Shown: piece after piece, positions 7,315 through 8,000 of the stretch
Numbering within the stretch: position 1 is the stretch's first letter
How the letters are laid out: every line of letters starts with the position of its first letter
DNA from: Perkinsela sp. CCAP 1560/9
Taxonomy: Eukaryota > Protista > Euglenozoa: Kinetoplastea
Reading direction: 5' to 3'
NCBI GenBank assembly: GCA_965644495.1
Contig: CBFFSA010000097.1
Span: 1-8,000 of the forward strand
Length of the DNA: 8,000 nucleotides
Program-made: the position numbers and the translations under genes
Notes under the pieces: generated by a model
Told to the model about the DNA's origin: nothing
What the model saw: only the letters and a program-made list of their open reading frames with translations
Database searches by the model: none

Positions 7315-8000
7315 AACCTAACACCTCTGACTTCACCGATTGAGTGGTTAAGTAAGTTAATACCTGTTCAATTGCAGCTGACTCACCAATCAATTGGCAC
7401 AGCATAAAACCAATGTTATTACCATGAATGTATTCCAGATCAGCTTGTAGAATATTCACCACCACGCCAAAACGTTGATGAATATCGGTTACCAATGGCG
7501 TATTCGCTGAATTATTCACAAAGGTTAAGCGAGCCAGGGGATACAAACCAGCGGCGGGTTCAAACACCACACGTTGTTGTAAATTCTCTGGCAATTCCAA
7601 ATGAAATGCTTGACCAATTAAACGTTGAGTCACTGGGTGTGTTGGTTCAGCAAATACATTAATCACATCACCGTATTCAACCAACTTACCATTGTCGATG
7701 ATCCCAACCCGATCACAAATCTGTTTAATCACATCCATCGAGTGGGTAATTAACACAATCGTGAGTCCCATGTCTTGGTTGATCCGCTTTAACAATGCCA
7801 AAATGGTGTGGGTTGTTTCTGGATCTAATGCAGACGTAGCTTCATCACATAACAATAAACGCGGTTCAGTAGCTAGCGCACGCGCAATGGCTACCCGCTG
7901 TTTTTGCCCACCACTTAATTGATGTGGAAAATGCTCACGTTTATCGCTTAATTCAACTAACTCGAGTAATGGATCAACAGTATTGGCAATTGCTAGCTTA
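7307..8000 (-). CDS. metN: Methionine ABC transporter ATP-binding protein (5' part outside window)
   Basis: The frame is open from the window edge: ...LLELVELSDKREHFPHQLSGGQKQRVAIARALATEPRLLLCDEATSALDPETT..., H-loop LITH, and a C-terminal NIL domain (VVVNILQAD). The 7855 start in the ORF track is internal. Confidence 0.95.
   Translation of the reverse strand, partial: KLAIANTVDPLLELVELSDKREHFPHQLSGGQKQRVAIARALATEPRLLLCDEATSALDPETTHTILALLKRINQDMGLTIVLITHSMDVIKQICDRVGIIDNGKLVEYGDVINVFAEPTHPVTQRLIGQAFHLELPENLQQRVVFEPAAGLYPLARLTFVNNSANTPLVTDIHQRFGVVVNILQADLEYIHGNNIGFMLCQLIGESAAIEQVLTYLTTQSVKSEVLGYV

Noticed and set aside
660-7922. Short ORFs 660-854(-), 1196-1420(-), 2194-2376(-), 3053-3442(+), 3483-3722(+), 4305-4532(+), 5983-6327(+), 7692-7922(+)
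   Set aside because: They are antisense or off-frame shadows of well-supported genes, with no recognisable motifs.
1-8000. CRISPR array, tRNA/rRNA, transposase or integrase
   Set aside because: No regularly spaced repeats, RNA gene signatures or recombinase ORFs were seen.

Overview
Chromosomal window from a moderately AT-rich gammaproteobacterium (inferred from rpoH, wecA and metN/metIQ). Left part, surface-polysaccharide genes: a UDP-glucuronate 4-epimerase-type SDR and a GT4 glycosyltransferase on +. These run head-on into a minus-strand, twice-frameshifted, 3'-truncated EpsG/Wzy-like polymerase pseudogene that follows wecA. Middle: rpoH (sigma-32, minus strand), whose putative sigma-70 promoter is covered by a near-perfect CIRCE (HrcA operator). 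Divergent from it is a higB-higA type II toxin-antitoxin pair whose promoter lies inside a 36-bp near-perfect palindrome. Right part: a methionine ABC importer with partial metN and a fused metI-metQ gene carrying a +1 frameshift in a homopolymer near its 5' end. I see no clearly new multi-gene system. The most interesting signals are the rpoH/higBA divergent control region, the hidden polymerase pseudogene with its rearrangement junction, and the frameshifted metIQ fusion.
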